Notes under the pieces: generated by a model
What the model was told of the DNA's origin: nothing
What the model saw: the letters and a program-made list of their open reading frames with translations, nothing else
The model's database searches: none
Source of the DNA: a virus
Lineage: Duplodnaviria > Caudoviricetes
IMG/VR virus record: IMGVR_UViG_3300005522_000014
Span: 1 to 25,376 of that record
DNA length: 25,376 nt
Direction: 5' to 3' (one strand)
Shown: positions 25,242 to 25,376 of the stretch, one piece after another
Layout of the letters: each line of letters starts with the position of its first letter
How positions within the stretch are numbered: position 1 is the stretch's first letter
Made by a program: the position numbers and the translations under genes

Positions 25242-25376
25242 TACCTTTCCTGATCTAGCCCATGATTCAACATGGGCAGATTGGGAGGCTAAAGGAACTC
25301 ATTTGAAGGCAGAGATCTTTAAGAATGAATGGTTCATTAAGTCTCGTGCTGTGGATATCTGGAGTGACAAATCCAA
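25201..25376 (+). CDS. pebS: Phycoerythrobilin synthase PebS-like ferredoxin-dependent bilin reductase (3'-truncated; not in ORF track)
   Basis: GGAG at 25191-25194, then ATG ATG (25198/25201), open to the window end: MENLWKNYKSLLFDTFPDLAHDSTWADWEAKGTHLKAEIFKNEWFIKSRAVDIWSDKS. Matches the recalled phage PebS N-terminal pattern W.NY...LF.TFP.L.....WA.W...L.A.I.....F.K.R...I. Only 58 codons are visible. Confidence 0.75.
   Translation, partial: MENLWKNYKSLLFDTFPDLAHDSTWADWEAKGTHLKAEIFKNEWFIKSRAVDIWSDKS

Noticed and set aside
230-25273. Numerous minus-strand ORFs (e.g. 7732..8190, 14754..15146, 18521..18874, 24530..24865) and short alternate-frame plus ORFs
   Set aside because: All overlap well-supported genes, lack recognisable motifs, and are expected from codon bias.
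1-25376. CRISPR arrays, tRNA/rRNA genes, DGR-like repeats, defence or anti-defence islands
   Set aside because: Intergenic gaps are short and explained by promoters and terminators; no repeat-spacer arrays, cloverleafs or reverse transcriptase were seen by eye.

Overview
AT-rich segment of a T4-like marine cyanomyovirus genome, probably a Prochlorococcus/Synechococcus phage (inferred from gene order, cyanophage-type hypotheticals and a pebS start at the right edge). All credible genes are on the + strand. Order: 5'-truncated neck gp14 with an inserted LamG-like domain, gp15, gp16, hypothetical, gp17, Zn-ribbon hypothetical, gp18, gp19, gp20, prohead-core-like protein, gp21, gp22, gp23, a structured 43-codon cassette between two terminators, a glycine-zipper membrane protein, gp3, uvsY, uvsW, hypothetical, gp55, a 56-aa ORF, gp47, DUF3110-like protein, gp46, a zincin+VWA protein, a MoxR/CobS-like AAA+ ATPase, and the 5' end of pebS. 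The 56-aa ORF and pebS are absent from the ORF track. The structural block carries (T/A/C)TAAATA late-promoter boxes. The replication block carries sigma70-like promoters, including a divergent pair sharing one palindromic -35 before gp55 and a duplicated operator-promoter module before the VWA and AAA+ genes. No tRNA, rRNA, CRISPR, intron or intein was seen. Most of the window is well-known core phage architecture and I cannot claim a clearly new system. The best leads are the regulatory elements, the post-gp23 cassette, the protease-VWA/MoxR/pebS unit and the gp14 lectin-like insertion. Family assignments come from motif recognition and recalled sequences, not database searches.
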